Virus record (IMG/VR): IMGVR_UViG_3300034103_001746
Location: 1 to 64,000 of that record
Length of the DNA stretch: 64,000 nucleotides
Direction: 5' to 3' (one strand)
DNA from: a virus
Shown here: one piece after another, positions 23,286 to 34,154 of the stretch
How the letters are laid out: each line of letters begins with the position of its first letter
Position numbering within the stretch: position 1 is the first letter of the stretch
Made by a program: the position numbers and the translations under genes
Notes under the pieces: model-generated
The model's database searches: none
What the model was told of the DNA's origin: nothing
The model's input: the letters and a program-made list of their open reading frames with translations, nothing else

Positions 23286-25475
23286 ATGGCTAAAAGATAT
23301 CCTAAAAGTGAAGCTATACAAAACGCTAACGCTAAAGACGAACAAGCATACGTTACATGGGGTGATGATTTAGCCAGTAAACAAGAAGCATTAAAATCTT
23401 CATCTTCGTTGGACGAGTTTACCGGAGTAGAACGAGCGTCTGCTATGAGGCGCTATGGTTTGGATTATTCTAATTTAGATAGAAACACATCTGGTCGCCC
23501 AGGTTTAACAAGATCAGACTACGATTTCTTTAGACCAGATGAAGCTGTTCCTCGTGAATTTAAAATTATACTTAAAAAAGCAGAAGATATTTATCAGAGG
23601 GTTGGTCTCGTTAAAAATGTTATAGATTTAATGGGTGATTTTGCTAGTCAAGGTATTAGACCAGTTCATAAAAATAAAAGAATTGAAAAATTTTATAGAA
23701 CCTGGTTTAAAAAAATTAGAGGCAAAGAAAGATCAGAAAGATTTTTAAACAATATTTATAAGACAGGAAATGTTGTGCTAAGTAGACAAACTGGAAAGTT
23801 AAGTCTAAAAGCTATGGAAAAATTATATAGAGCAGCAGCATCTCCAGATTTTCAAGTACAAGATATTGATGAAATCAAACTTGAAAGAAGAGAAATTCCA
23901 TGGAAGTATACTTTTATTGATCCTGCTTTTGTTGAAGTAGCTGCTGGTCCGCTATCATCATTTGTTCAATATAAAACTTATGAATTAATATTGCCGCCAA
24001 CACTAAGAAAACTAGTTAATAATCCAAAAACAGAAGCAGAAAAAAACGTCGTGGCTTCTTTGCCAGCGGCTATTCTTGACGCAGCTAAAACCAAAAAGCC
24101 TTACCCGCTAGATCCAGATAAAACTTTAGTTTTTCATTATAAGAAAGATGATTGGCAAACGTGGGCATATCCTATGATTTATGCAATCATGGACGATATT
24201 ACTATTATTGAAAAATTAAAACTTGCAGACATGGCAGCGCTAGATGGAGCCATATCTAATATTAGAATTTTTAAGCTTGGTAATCTAGAACATAAAATTG
24301 CTCCTACTAAAGCAGCCACAGCTAAATTAGCTCAAATACTAGGCAATAATGTTGGTGGTGGCACAATGGATTTAGTATGGGGACCAGATATTGAGCTTAT
24401 AGAAAGCAAGACTAATGTACATCAATTTTTAGGAGAGGGTAAGTATATACCTCACTTAAATAGTGTTTATGCTGGTCTTGGTATTCCTCCAACTCTTACC
24501 GGAACTTTCGGTGCTGCTGGAACAACAAATAACTTTATTTCCCTTAAGACATTAACACAAAGACTTCAATACGGTCGTGATATTCTAATAGAGTTTTGGG
24601 AACAAGAAATGATCCTAGTTCAAAAAGCTATGGGTTTTAGATATCCAGCTAAGATTGAATTTGATAGAATGGATCTTAGTAATGAAGATGCAGAAAAAGC
24701 ATTACTAATTCAACTAGCAGACCGTAATCTTATCAGCGATGAACTATTACAAACTCGTTTTGGCTTTGATCCAGATATGGAAAAGAGCAGACTAAATAGA
24801 GAAATTAGAGAAAGAGATAGTGAAAGAATGATTAAGAAAGCTGGTCCATGGCACGATCCGACACCAGAGAGTTCTTTGAAAAAGATAGCATTACAAACTG
24901 GAATAGTCACACCTAGTCAAGTTGGTTTGGAATTAGAAAAGAAGAAAAACGGAGAGAAACCAGCATTAGAAATGAAATCACCGGCACAGCCTTCTTCAAC
25001 GAAGTTGGCAAAGGATTCGCCAGAATCCTTGCCAAAAGAAGCTGGTGAAGGGCGACCAAAAAATACTAAAGATTCCCAGCCACGAAAAAATAAAACGTTT
25101 AGTCCACAGACTGGCGCCACAATGATGTTTTGGGCAAATGATGCTCAAGAAAAAATTAGCAAAATTGTTAATCCTATACTACTAGACTTTTATCAGAAGA
25201 AAAATTTAAGAAGTCTATCTAATGAAGAAAGTTTAGAATTAGACAATATAAAAACCAAAATACTATTTTCCACGACCCCATTCTCAGAGATAAGCGAAGA
25301 TAAAGTAGCCCTTCAAATCCACAACTTATCTGCACAACAAACACAATCCCATATTAATGCTTACAATAATTGGATCAACCAATTAAGATCAGCACTAAAT
25401 AAAGAATTAACAGTGGAAGAACAAAAACAGGCTAAGGCGTCTTTTTATTCTATGGTGTATTCTAGTCTAGAATAA
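23286..25475 (+). CDS. portal protein
   Basis: 729 aa directly after TerL and before the protease and capsid genes. Confidence 0.75.
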   Translation: MAKRYPKSEAIQNANAKDEQAYVTWGDDLASKQEALKSSSSLDEFTGVERASAMRRYGLDYSNLDRNTSGRPGLTRSDYDFFRPDEAVPREFKIILKKAEDIYQRVGLVKNVIDLMGDFASQGIRPVHKNKRIEKFYRTWFKKIRGKERSERFLNNIYKTGNVVLSRQTGKLSLKAMEKLYRAAASPDFQVQDIDEIKLERREIPWKYTFIDPAFVEVAAGPLSSFVQYKTYELILPPTLRKLVNNPKTEAEKNVVASLPAAILDAAKTKKPYPLDPDKTLVFHYKKDDWQTWAYPMIYAIMDDITIIEKLKLADMAALDGAISNIRIFKLGNLEHKIAPTKAATAKLAQILGNNVGGGTMDLVWGPDIELIESKTNVHQFLGEGKYIPHLNSVYAGLGIPPTLTGTFGAAGTTNNFISLKTLTQRLQYGRDILIEFWEQEMILVQKAMGFRYPAKIEFDRMDLSNEDAEKALLIQLADRNLISDELLQTRFGFDPDMEKSRLNREIRERDSERMIKKAGPWHDPTPESSLKKIALQTGIVTPSQVGLELEKKKNGEKPALEMKSPAQPSSTKLAKDSPESLPKEAGEGRPKNTKDSQPRKNKTFSPQTGATMMFWANDAQEKISKIVNPILLDFYQKKNLRSLSNEESLELDNIKTKILFSTTPFSEISEDKVALQIHNLSAQQTQSHINAYNNWINQLRSALNKELTVEEQKQAKASFYSMVYSSLE

Positions 25476-25486
25476 GAGGTAAAATA

Positions 25487-27016
25487 ATGCAAATATTTAA
25501 TCAAGAAATTAACGATGGTCTAGAAGATAAGATTAAGGCTTCAGCTTCTTTTTCTTATGCTTCAATTGTCGAGCCATGTGCTATTAATGATTCTAAAATT
25601 AAACATATTAAAAGTTTAGCATCTTATAATGATTCTGATTTATATTATGTACAATCTATTTTGGTAAGTTCTTCATGGAATAAAAATGATGATATTTTTT
25701 CACCAGCCGAAGTATGGGCTGCTAGAAATACCCCAGAAGATAAACCCACTAATCTTGAGCATGATGAGAGTCTAATAATCGGCCACATCACAGCAAATTG
25801 GCCCATAACAGAAGAAGGTATTTTAATAGACGAAAATACTCCTGTTGAAAATTTACCAGAAAAATATCATATTCTTACCGGTTCTGTAATTTATAAAGGG
25901 TTTAGCAGTCAAGATCTTAGAGAACGAGCACAAAAATTAATTGCTGAAATTGAGGATGGTACTAAATTTGTAAGCATGGAATGTTTTTTTAATGGGTTTG
26001 ATTATGGGTTGATTGATGAAGTTACTGGAGAATTTAAAGTTTTAGCACGAAACGATAATACAGCTTATCTTACAAAACATCTTAGAGCTTACGGTGGAAC
26101 TGGTAAGCATGAGACTTATAAGATAGGTAGAGTATTAAGGAATATTACATTTTCTGGTAAGGGTTTTGTTGATAAGCCCGCTAATCCAGACAGTATTATT
26201 TTTACCAAAGAAACATTTAATAAATTATTAAACGAAAAAAAAGACGATTTATCAAAAGCAGGTGTATCTAACAATACGTTAACCCTTAACGCGGAGAATA
26301 ATATTATGAGTTTAGATCTCGAATCTTTTATGAAAGAAGTAGCAGAAATCAAGTCCAAGATTGAGGCTATGAACTGTGCAGAAACAGTCAAGGAAGCTTT
26401 TGCCTCCGCTGCTGCTCTCAAAGACAAAACAGTAGAACTAGAAAATGTTATTAAGGCTCATGAAACCACAATAACAGAAACAAAAGCAGCTCTCGAAGCT
26501 AGTATTCTTGAAAAAGAACAGGCTGCAAAAAAATCAGACGAAGATATGGCTAAGAAAGACGAAGAAGTAAAGAAGGTCAAGTCTGAGTTAGAAGCAGCTA
26601 ACGAAGTTATTGCTGGATACAAAAGTAAAGAAGAAGAGATGACCAAGAAAGAAAAGAAGATGAAGAGAATGGCATCTCTAGTTGAGACTGGTATCGATAC
26701 CGATACAGCTTCCGCAACAGTAGATAAATTTGAATCTCTTAACGACGAAGCTTTTGAAGCTATGACAAGTCTTTTCGCTGGCAAGATGCCTCCTTGGCTT
26801 AATAAAGACAAGAAGGACGAAGAAGATAAGGCCCCAGAAAAGAAAAAGGCTTCTGAAGATGCCGTTGATGCTAGTACTCTAGAAGATGTAGAAACAGAGG
26901 AAAGCGTCAATCTAAGTGTCGGTGGCGAGACTACCTCACAAGAGGATACAACTCGTGCTGAATTACTTGAATTCGTTTGTGCTAGACTAGGTAAAAAACT
27001 TAACAAGGGAGAATAA
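25487..27016 (+). CDS. prohead protease fused to coiled-coil scaffold
   Basis: NKNDDIF, NLEHD, VSMEC, FSGKGFVDKPANP; K/E-rich helical C-terminal half. Confidence 0.75.
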   Translation: MQIFNQEINDGLEDKIKASASFSYASIVEPCAINDSKIKHIKSLASYNDSDLYYVQSILVSSSWNKNDDIFSPAEVWAARNTPEDKPTNLEHDESLIIGHITANWPITEEGILIDENTPVENLPEKYHILTGSVIYKGFSSQDLRERAQKLIAEIEDGTKFVSMECFFNGFDYGLIDEVTGEFKVLARNDNTAYLTKHLRAYGGTGKHETYKIGRVLRNITFSGKGFVDKPANPDSIIFTKETFNKLLNEKKDDLSKAGVSNNTLTLNAENNIMSLDLESFMKEVAEIKSKIEAMNCAETVKEAFASAAALKDKTVELENVIKAHETTITETKAALEASILEKEQAAKKSDEDMAKKDEEVKKVKSELEAANEVIAGYKSKEEEMTKKEKKMKRMASLVETGIDTDTASATVDKFESLNDEAFEAMTSLFAGKMPPWLNKDKKDEEDKAPEKKKASEDAVDASTLEDVETEESVNLSVGGETTSQEDTTRAELLEFVCARLGKKLNKGE

Positions 27017-27017
27017 C

Positions 27018-27479
27018 ATGGCTCTTAAAGCAGATCGTATCGAACTATTAACAGATATTTCATTCTTCATGAACACAGTCGCTGAAAGAGGCGGCGTGGT
27101 CAGTGCAGTATCAGCTACAACTGGTGTTGGCGTATCTATGGATGATGCTAATGCTGTTGTTGAATATGCTGCTGCTGTTAGCGGATCAAAGCCTCTCGGC
27201 GTTCTACTAACAGACGTAGTAAATCTTGATCTAACAAGACAACACATCAACTGGCACAAAGACGAGGTGCAGCTTGGTGGTAAGGTTACTCTACTCCGTC
27301 AGGGTCAAGTAACAACCAACATGCTAGTATCAAACGCTACACCTGTTGCTGGCGCAGATGCCTATGTTGGCGTTAGTGGTCTTATCGGTACAACTAGTAC
27401 CAATAGTGTAAAGATCGGACAGTTTTTGAGTGGCAAAGACGCCGACGGTTACGCAAAAGTCTCTGTAAACATTGCTTAA
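27018..27479 (+). CDS. capsid decoration/cement protein
   Basis: 153 aa, beta-rich, between scaffold and MCP. Confidence 0.65.
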   Translation: MALKADRIELLTDISFFMNTVAERGGVVSAVSATTGVGVSMDDANAVVEYAAAVSGSKPLGVLLTDVVNLDLTRQHINWHKDEVQLGGKVTLLRQGQVTTNMLVSNATPVAGADAYVGVSGLIGTTSTNSVKIGQFLSGKDADGYAKVSVNIA

Positions 27480-27503
27480 GCTTAAACAATAAGGGAGAAT
27501 AAA

Positions 27504-28514
27504 ATGTCAGTTAATACCAAAGCATTTCAACCAACACCAGAATTAACAGATCTTCTTGTTCGTTCTGGTTCACCAAAGAGAGAGGTTGCTCTAGCTGCTA
27601 ATGCAGAGTTTGCAAAGGCTCTTGAGCTACCATTACGTCAAGGTCTTCTCAGCGGAGATATTCTAGACGGTATTTTTGAGCCAATTCAACTAGCTCAAAG
27701 TGCTACTCCAGAATTTCCACTAGATTTCCTAGCCCCAGGCACAGAGAAGGACTTTGTTGCCTACACAGTTCCTAACCACGGATATATTCCAGAACGTCAC
27801 GTTGAAGGCGATTACGTCATGGTTCCAACCTATGACATCGGCGCTTCAATCGACTATCTCCTAAAGTATGCTCGTGATGCTCGTTGGGACGTAGTTGGTC
27901 GCGCTATGGAAGTTTTAGAGGGTTCATTTGTTAAAAAGATGAATGATGACGGTTGGCACACACTATTAGCAGCTGGCGTTGATCGTAACATCGTAGTTTA
28001 TGATAGTGACGCTAGTGCTGGTCAATTTACCAAGCGTCTAGTAAGTCTCATGAAGACAGTAATGAGACGTAACGGCGGTGGTAACTCTGCTAGCAACAAT
28101 CGTGGCTTGCTAACCGACCTCTATGTTTCACCAGAAGCTATGGAAGATATCCGTAATTGGGGCTTAGATCAAGTTGACGAAGTTACTCGTCGTGAGATCT
28201 ATACCGCTGCTGACGGCACTCTTAACCGTGTCTTTGGTATCAATCTCCATGACCTAGATGAACTAGGCGAAGGTCAAGAGTATCAACTATTCTATAGTAA
28301 TACTCTTAATGGTTCACTACCTTCTCCAAAGGTTGAACTAGTAGTTGGTCTAGATCTTCGCAAGAGAGATAGTTTTATAATGCCAGTTCGTGAGCAGGTT
28401 CAAATCTTCGAAGACGATACACTCCATCGTCAGAAGAGAGCCGGCTTCTATGGTTGGGCTGAACAAGGCTTTGCCGTTCTTGATAACCGTAGAGTTCTAC
28501 TTGGCGCTCTCTAA
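27504..28514 (+). CDS. major capsid protein
   Basis: 336 aa, position, strong RBS, followed by a terminator. Confidence 0.8.
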   Translation: MSVNTKAFQPTPELTDLLVRSGSPKREVALAANAEFAKALELPLRQGLLSGDILDGIFEPIQLAQSATPEFPLDFLAPGTEKDFVAYTVPNHGYIPERHVEGDYVMVPTYDIGASIDYLLKYARDARWDVVGRAMEVLEGSFVKKMNDDGWHTLLAAGVDRNIVVYDSDASAGQFTKRLVSLMKTVMRRNGGGNSASNNRGLLTDLYVSPEAMEDIRNWGLDQVDEVTRREIYTAADGTLNRVFGINLHDLDELGEGQEYQLFYSNTLNGSLPSPKVELVVGLDLRKRDSFIMPVREQVQIFEDDTLHRQKRAGFYGWAEQGFAVLDNRRVLLGAL

Positions 28515-28540
28515 TCACTAAGTCCATTATGGATAAAAGA

Positions 28541-28572
28541 AAAAGGCTGGCCTTGTGCCGGCCTTTTTTTTT
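28541..28572 (+). terminator. intrinsic terminator
   Basis: GGCTGGC/GCCGGCC stem plus T9. Confidence 0.85.
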
Positions 28573-28622
28573 GGGTGTATACTATAGTATAAAACAATAA
28601 TTTTACATAAAAGGCAACTACT

Positions 28623-29027
28623 ATGGCAGCAGGCAAATACGACTTTGCTATTGAACAGGGCACCTCTTTTAGATTGTCTTTGATATATAAAGATCAAAGT
28701 GGTAATCCGGTAGATTTGACTGGATATTGCGCTAGACTTATATGGAAAACTAATACTAATACTACTCAAATTTTTAATTCTGATAATATAGATCATAGTA
28801 TTTATAAATTTACTATTGATGATATTAATGGTAAATTAACACTATTATTACCAGCGTCTACAACTAATAGTTTTGCTTTTAATACTGCAAAATATGATCT
28901 GGAGATACAATCGCCAGACGATTTATATCAAGGCGGAGGTAAATTTACTACTAGAATATTATATGGAGCAGTCACTATAGTCAAGAGATTTAGTCAATCA
29001 TCAACCGCTTTGGAGTGTAATGTATGA
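28623..29027 (+). CDS. virion adaptor-like protein (paralog of 39632-40072)
   Basis: YDFAIEQGTSF..PVDLTGYCAR..AKYDLE. Confidence 0.6.
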   Translation: MAAGKYDFAIEQGTSFRLSLIYKDQSGNPVDLTGYCARLIWKTNTNTTQIFNSDNIDHSIYKFTIDDINGKLTLLLPASTTNSFAFNTAKYDLEIQSPDDLYQGGGKFTTRILYGAVTIVKRFSQSSTALECNV

Positions 29028-29287
29028 GTGAATTTACAGTAGAAATATCTGAGCCACAAGTACATATTATTGATATTGAAACTAGTTTTGTAGAAAATGT
29101 TAATAATATTGAAATAGAAAGATACGAGTATTATAATATTGATATTATTAATGCAGAAAAAATACTGCCCAGCGATCTGCCAGATGGATACCCAATGAAT
29201 CAGGTTTATGGAAATTTGCCAGTCAGTAGAATTAGTGGATTGGCTGAATATTTAAATACATATGAATTTGACTGCGGCACACCTTAA
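29024..29287 (+). CDS. small virion-associated protein ending FDCGTP
   Basis: ATGA overlap; C-terminal motif shared with fibre proteins. Confidence 0.6.
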   Translation: MSEFTVEISEPQVHIIDIETSFVENVNNIEIERYEYYNIDIINAEKILPSDLPDGYPMNQVYGNLPVSRISGLAEYLNTYEFDCGTP

Positions 29288-29309
29288 AAGACATATCGGG
29301 AGATAAATT

Positions 29310-30296
29310 ATGCCAGTTAAGACACGTTTACAACTACGCAGAGGCACATCTATTGAGTGGGCATCCGCCACTAATGCTCTATTTATGGGTGAAATAGGTT
29401 TTGATACCACTCTCAAAAAATTTAAGATTGGTGATGGTACTACTTTGTGGAGCGGATTAGAATGGGGTACTGTCTTACCATCAGAGCTAAGCGAAATTAT
29501 AGATGATCGTATTAGTAATCTTATTGTAGCCGGTAGCGGTATAACCACCAGTTATGATGATATTAATAATACGCTTAGTATTTCTAGTCCAATATTAGCT
29601 GGTAGTGGCATAGTGATTTCTCACAATAGTGGTCACTATACTGTTAGTGTTAGCAATCCAACTATAACATCATCGTTGATCACAGATTTTGCCGAGTCTG
29701 TACAAGATATTATCGGATTGAGTGGAGTTGCTGCTGGTAGCGGAATCAGCGTTAACTATAATGATTCTACTGGTTTAACTACTATTAGTCTTTCTGATCC
29801 CACTATACAGGTATCCGACATAACAGATGTTTCTGCAACAGCAACTCAGATTAATTATTTAGCTGGTAGTATTCCTGGAACTGGTGTTGCTGGTAAAGCT
29901 GTAATTTTAGACTCTAATTCTAGTATTGTTAATATTAACAATTTATCCACCAGCGGAAATGTTATTATTGGAGGAAATCTCACGATTAATGGTACTACAA
30001 CAACAGTAAATAGTATAACTGTTACTGTGGATGATAAAAATTTAGAACTTGGTAGCGTACCATCCCCTACAGATATAACGGCGGATGGAGGAGGTATTAC
30101 TCTTAAAGGTTCTACCGACAAAGAGTTTAAATGGTTGGATATTACCGATAGTTGGACTAGTACAGAACATATTAATTTATCTTCCAATCAATTAGCATAT
30201 AAACTAAATGGTACTACTATACTTGGGAATAATTTAATTGGCGCTAATGGCTATGCTATAGCTTCTGGTGTAAGTATAGACGGCGGAACACCTTAA
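29310..30296 (+). CDS. fibre protein with Mtd_N/hyaluronidase-like N-terminus
   Basis: LQLRRGT..W..GEIGFDT..KIGDG..W; AGSGI repeats; ends IDGGTP. Confidence 0.7.
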   Translation: MPVKTRLQLRRGTSIEWASATNALFMGEIGFDTTLKKFKIGDGTTLWSGLEWGTVLPSELSEIIDDRISNLIVAGSGITTSYDDINNTLSISSPILAGSGIVISHNSGHYTVSVSNPTITSSLITDFAESVQDIIGLSGVAAGSGISVNYNDSTGLTTISLSDPTIQVSDITDVSATATQINYLAGSIPGTGVAGKAVILDSNSSIVNINNLSTSGNVIIGGNLTINGTTTTVNSITVTVDDKNLELGSVPSPTDITADGGGITLKGSTDKEFKWLDITDSWTSTEHINLSSNQLAYKLNGTTILGNNLIGANGYAIASGVSIDGGTP

Positions 30297-30324
30297 TCAG
30301 TATTACTTTAGTTGAAAGAGAATT

Positions 30325-33300
30325 ATGCCCGCTAATACTATTATTAATTTACGCAGAGGATCTAATACTCAATGGTCTTCTGTGAATCCGGTGCTTGCTA
30401 GTGGAGAACCAGGATATGATTTAACTAATAAAATTTTAAAAATTGGAGACGGTATTAATCAATGGGCATCATTATCTTCCATATTTTCGGATATTCATGT
30501 TTATATTAAAAATAATACTGGTAGTAGTTTAACCAAGGGGCAGGTAGTCTATATTAATGGTGCTCAAGGAGATAATCCCACTGTTCAATTGGCTGTGGCA
30601 TCTGGAGAAAATACTTCTAGTAAAACACTAGGTTTATTAAAACAAAATTTAGCTAATAATGAGTTTGGATATGTAATTAGCGAAGGAATCATAGAAGGAA
30701 TAGATACTGATGCGGCATCCGCTGCTGGAGATACTGTTTGGTTGTCTCCATCAATACCTGGAGGCATGGTTTATGGATCAGCGAACAAGCCCCATGCTCC
30801 AAACCATATGGTATTCATTGGATATGTACTAAGGAAAAATGCTAATAATGGTAAAATATATGTTAAAATACAAAATGGTTTTGAATTAGATGAATTGCAT
30901 AATGTTTCTGTGACCAATGTTACAAATGGTCAATTTTTACAATATGACAGCATAAGTGGTTTATGGATTGCTAGTAGTAGTGGTAATTTTACTTCATTAA
31001 GACTTAATGGTGCTGGAGTTAGTATTAGTGGTCATTCTCACACAACTTCTAATATTACAGATTTTTCTAATTCAGTAAGTGGATTATTAGTTCCATATGC
31101 TTTATTAAATAGTCCTAATTTTTCTGGTGTCCCAACCGTTCCTACTGCTGCTAGTGGAACTAATACTACTCAGATCGCTAATACAGAGTTTGTGAGCAAT
31201 ACTATTAATAGTCTTATAGCTGGTAAAGTCAATAAAAGCGGAGATGTTATGACAGGGGCTTTACAGGCTCCGTCTGCTACTTTTACTAGCGGTATAAATA
31301 TTGGAGGGTGGTGGAGCCAAATATTTAATGGTAACGACGGGTTTACTATTTATAGTGTCACACCAGCTCTAATACAGACAGATGATTTTTTAACTATTAA
31401 TGGAGGTTCTTTTTTAGAAGTTAATGTTCCTTTTAGTATGATATTTACCGCCGGAGAAAACATAAATTTTATTACTGGTTCAGGAGAATCATTAACATGG
31501 AATGGAAATATTATTAGTGTTAGTGGTCATACTCATACAGCCTCGAATATTACTAACTTTAATAGTAGTGTAAGCGGATTATTTCCTAGTAATATGGTAA
31601 GAGGGGTTGGAATTAGTGGATACTTAACAAAATGGACTGGAAACAACTCTGTTAGTAGTGGTTTGATATATGATGATGGAACCAATATTGGTATATCTAA
31701 CAGTAATCCAACTCAAGCTCTTGATGTTTCTGGAACACTAAGATCAACAAGATCTGATGCTAATAATGTTTTCGTCTTAGAAAGAATAGGTACTGGTGGT
31801 TTAGGTATTGATTTTAGTGCTGGAAGTACCACTCTTCGTAGTAGTTTACCATACAGATTTTTTACCACAACAGGAGGAGTAGTTGGAGGTACAGAAAGAT
31901 TAAGAATAACATCTTCTGGAGATGTTGGGATAGGAACAGTTTCTCCAGGCTCCAAACTAACTATAGGTTCTGGTATTGGCTCTGGAGCTAATTCTAATTC
32001 TACATCGTCTTATGATTTAGCCTTACATCATAGTGATATGATAATTATTAGTCCAGAAGACACTAGTAATAATCCAATCTATACTGGTATTACTTTATTA
32101 GTAAGCCGCCCAGGAGGTTTTCCTGGCGGTCAAACTTCTATAGATTTTGATACTAGAGATCGTGGCAATAATTTTAATCGCGGAACAATGGCAAGAATTG
32201 TCGGCGGCAATACGTCAGGCACCGACGCTAATCGGCCTCATGGTGGCGAATTGTATTTCCAGACAGCACCATCAGGTAGCTCCTCACCAACAACTAGAAT
32301 GTTTATTAATAGAGATGGAAATATTGGTATTAATACTGCCTCTCCAAGCGGTCAATTACATATTATAGGCACAGGAATAGTATCATCTAGATTAGGAGTA
32401 GGTACTAATACTCCTACTCATGATTTGGATGTAAGAACCAATAGTGTTAATGCTTTATATATTGCTCAAGATAATAATACTAGATTTTTAAGTTTTGGAT
32501 CTAATGGATTTATTAATAATACAACCTTAGCAGTTTCAAAAAGTACATGGGATAGTTTAGCTAGTTTGGAGATTGGTACTACGATTGCTGGTCGTAGAGG
32601 TGTGGTAGTTCAACAAGTGTCTAATCAAACCGCTAATCCTATAGAGACTAGAAATATTGGAGGCACACCAATATCATATATTACTGCTGGTGGAGGAGCG
32701 TATTTTGCTAGTGGCGTTGGTATAGGTACAACGACACCCAGCGGATTATTAGATGTTGCTGGAGATGTTTATGTACGTAATTCTACTAATACTTTAGGAA
32801 ATCTATATTTTAAATCTACTAATGCAAGTAATGAAAACTCATTAAGAGTTAGAAGTGATACATTAGGCAATCTTTATCTAGATGGTGGTGGACCATATCT
32901 TAAAGTTGGTAATCAAAGTGCAGACGCAGAAATATATGCAGGAGGCGCGGGTCCAGTAAGAATAGGTCACGTAAGTGCTGGAACAGTTGCTAATCAAAAT
33001 ATCATATTTAGGCCCGCTGGTACTGAAAGAATGAGAATAGATGGTAGCGGCAATATTGGTATAGGCACAGCTTCTCCTTTAACCAGACTTCATCTTGGAG
33101 CTAATATCGCAGGAGGAGCCGTTGGAACGACTGGACTACTTATTGATACAACACATAGTTCTTCTATCGTTAATTTACAAAGCCACTCAGCTGCTGTTAT
33201 AAATCCTACCTTTAATACTGCTGGCAGTAACTTGGCTAATACTTATGGTTTATATATACAGTCTCAGCATACTGGAGTATATACTACTACTAATCATTAT

Positions 33301-34149
33301 GGATTATATGTTAATAATTCTAATTTACAAGCTGGCACATTAAATAATAATTATGCCGCAGTATTTATGGGTGGAAATGTTGGTATTGGATTAAATAATC
33401 CATCGTCTACTTTACATGTGGGTGGTATTGCAAATTTTCAATTTGGATCAGTATCTACTGCTATTAGTGGTTCTAATATTAATACTAATCAAAATGATAT
33501 TCATTTATCTGCTAGTAATCAGACTATTTTTAGAGGATTAGATGGTTGGACAACTACTTGGTCAGATTCTGCTATTACCACATATTTTCAAGTTGGCAGA
33601 GCTTCAGGAAATACATTTTTTACATCACGACAAGGTTTTGCTTTTAATAGACTAGCTTATAGTGCTGAGAAAATATTATTTACTAATCAAACATCTAATT
33701 TATCCATTCCTAGTGGATACTTTACAGTTGCTTATAACAATAATAATTTATTAAGTATTAGTACTAGTGGAAACGTTGGAGTTGGAACAAATAGTCCGAG
33801 TGGTCTTTTAGACGTTGCTGGCAACTTAACATTCAATACATTTACAGAAAAAGTAATTACTAATACAAATAGTGGTAGTGGTGTTGTTCTTAGTATAGAT
33901 AGTGGAACAGTTCATAGAATTACACTAACTAATAACTGCGCTTTTACTATGCCAAGCGTTGTCGCCGGTAAGAGTTTTAGTTTATTTTTAAATAGTGGAT
34001 CTGGTAACTATACAGCTAGTTTTAGTGGAGTATTATGGAGTGATAGTGCGCCTCCAACAATTACTACAACAGCTAATAAAGTTGATATTTTAAGTTTTAT
34101 TAGTGATGGAACTTCTTGGTATGGATCTTATTCTCAAAATTATGGATAA
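30325..34149 (+). CDS. long tail-fibre/appendage protein
   Basis: Mtd_N-like start, repeated GNVGIGTxxP motifs, SPNFSGVPTVPTA fibre motif. Confidence 0.8.
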   Translation: MPANTIINLRRGSNTQWSSVNPVLASGEPGYDLTNKILKIGDGINQWASLSSIFSDIHVYIKNNTGSSLTKGQVVYINGAQGDNPTVQLAVASGENTSSKTLGLLKQNLANNEFGYVISEGIIEGIDTDAASAAGDTVWLSPSIPGGMVYGSANKPHAPNHMVFIGYVLRKNANNGKIYVKIQNGFELDELHNVSVTNVTNGQFLQYDSISGLWIASSSGNFTSLRLNGAGVSISGHSHTTSNITDFSNSVSGLLVPYALLNSPNFSGVPTVPTAASGTNTTQIANTEFVSNTINSLIAGKVNKSGDVMTGALQAPSATFTSGINIGGWWSQIFNGNDGFTIYSVTPALIQTDDFLTINGGSFLEVNVPFSMIFTAGENINFITGSGESLTWNGNIISVSGHTHTASNITNFNSSVSGLFPSNMVRGVGISGYLTKWTGNNSVSSGLIYDDGTNIGISNSNPTQALDVSGTLRSTRSDANNVFVLERIGTGGLGIDFSAGSTTLRSSLPYRFFTTTGGVVGGTERLRITSSGDVGIGTVSPGSKLTIGSGIGSGANSNSTSSYDLALHHSDMIIISPEDTSNNPIYTGITLLVSRPGGFPGGQTSIDFDTRDRGNNFNRGTMARIVGGNTSGTDANRPHGGELYFQTAPSGSSSPTTRMFINRDGNIGINTASPSGQLHIIGTGIVSSRLGVGTNTPTHDLDVRTNSVNALYIAQDNNTRFLSFGSNGFINNTTLAVSKSTWDSLASLEIGTTIAGRRGVVVQQVSNQTANPIETRNIGGTPISYITAGGGAYFASGVGIGTTTPSGLLDVAGDVYVRNSTNTLGNLYFKSTNASNENSLRVRSDTLGNLYLDGGGPYLKVGNQSADAEIYAGGAGPVRIGHVSAGTVANQNIIFRPAGTERMRIDGSGNIGIGTASPLTRLHLGANIAGGAVGTTGLLIDTTHSSSIVNLQSHSAAVINPTFNTAGSNLANTYGLYIQSQHTGVYTTTNHYGLYVNNSNLQAGTLNNNYAAVFMGGNVGIGLNNPSSTLHVGGIANFQFGSVSTAISGSNINTNQNDIHLSASNQTIFRGLDGWTTTWSDSAITTYFQVGRASGNTFFTSRQGFAFNRLAYSAEKILFTNQTSNLSIPSGYFTVAYNNNNLLSISTSGNVGVGTNSPSGLLDVAGNLTFNTFTEKVITNTNSGSGVVLSIDSGTVHRITLTNNCAFTMPSVVAGKSFSLFLNSGSGNYTASFSGVLWSDSAPPTITTTANKVDILSFISDGTSWYGSYSQNYG

Positions 34150-34154
34150 TAGTT

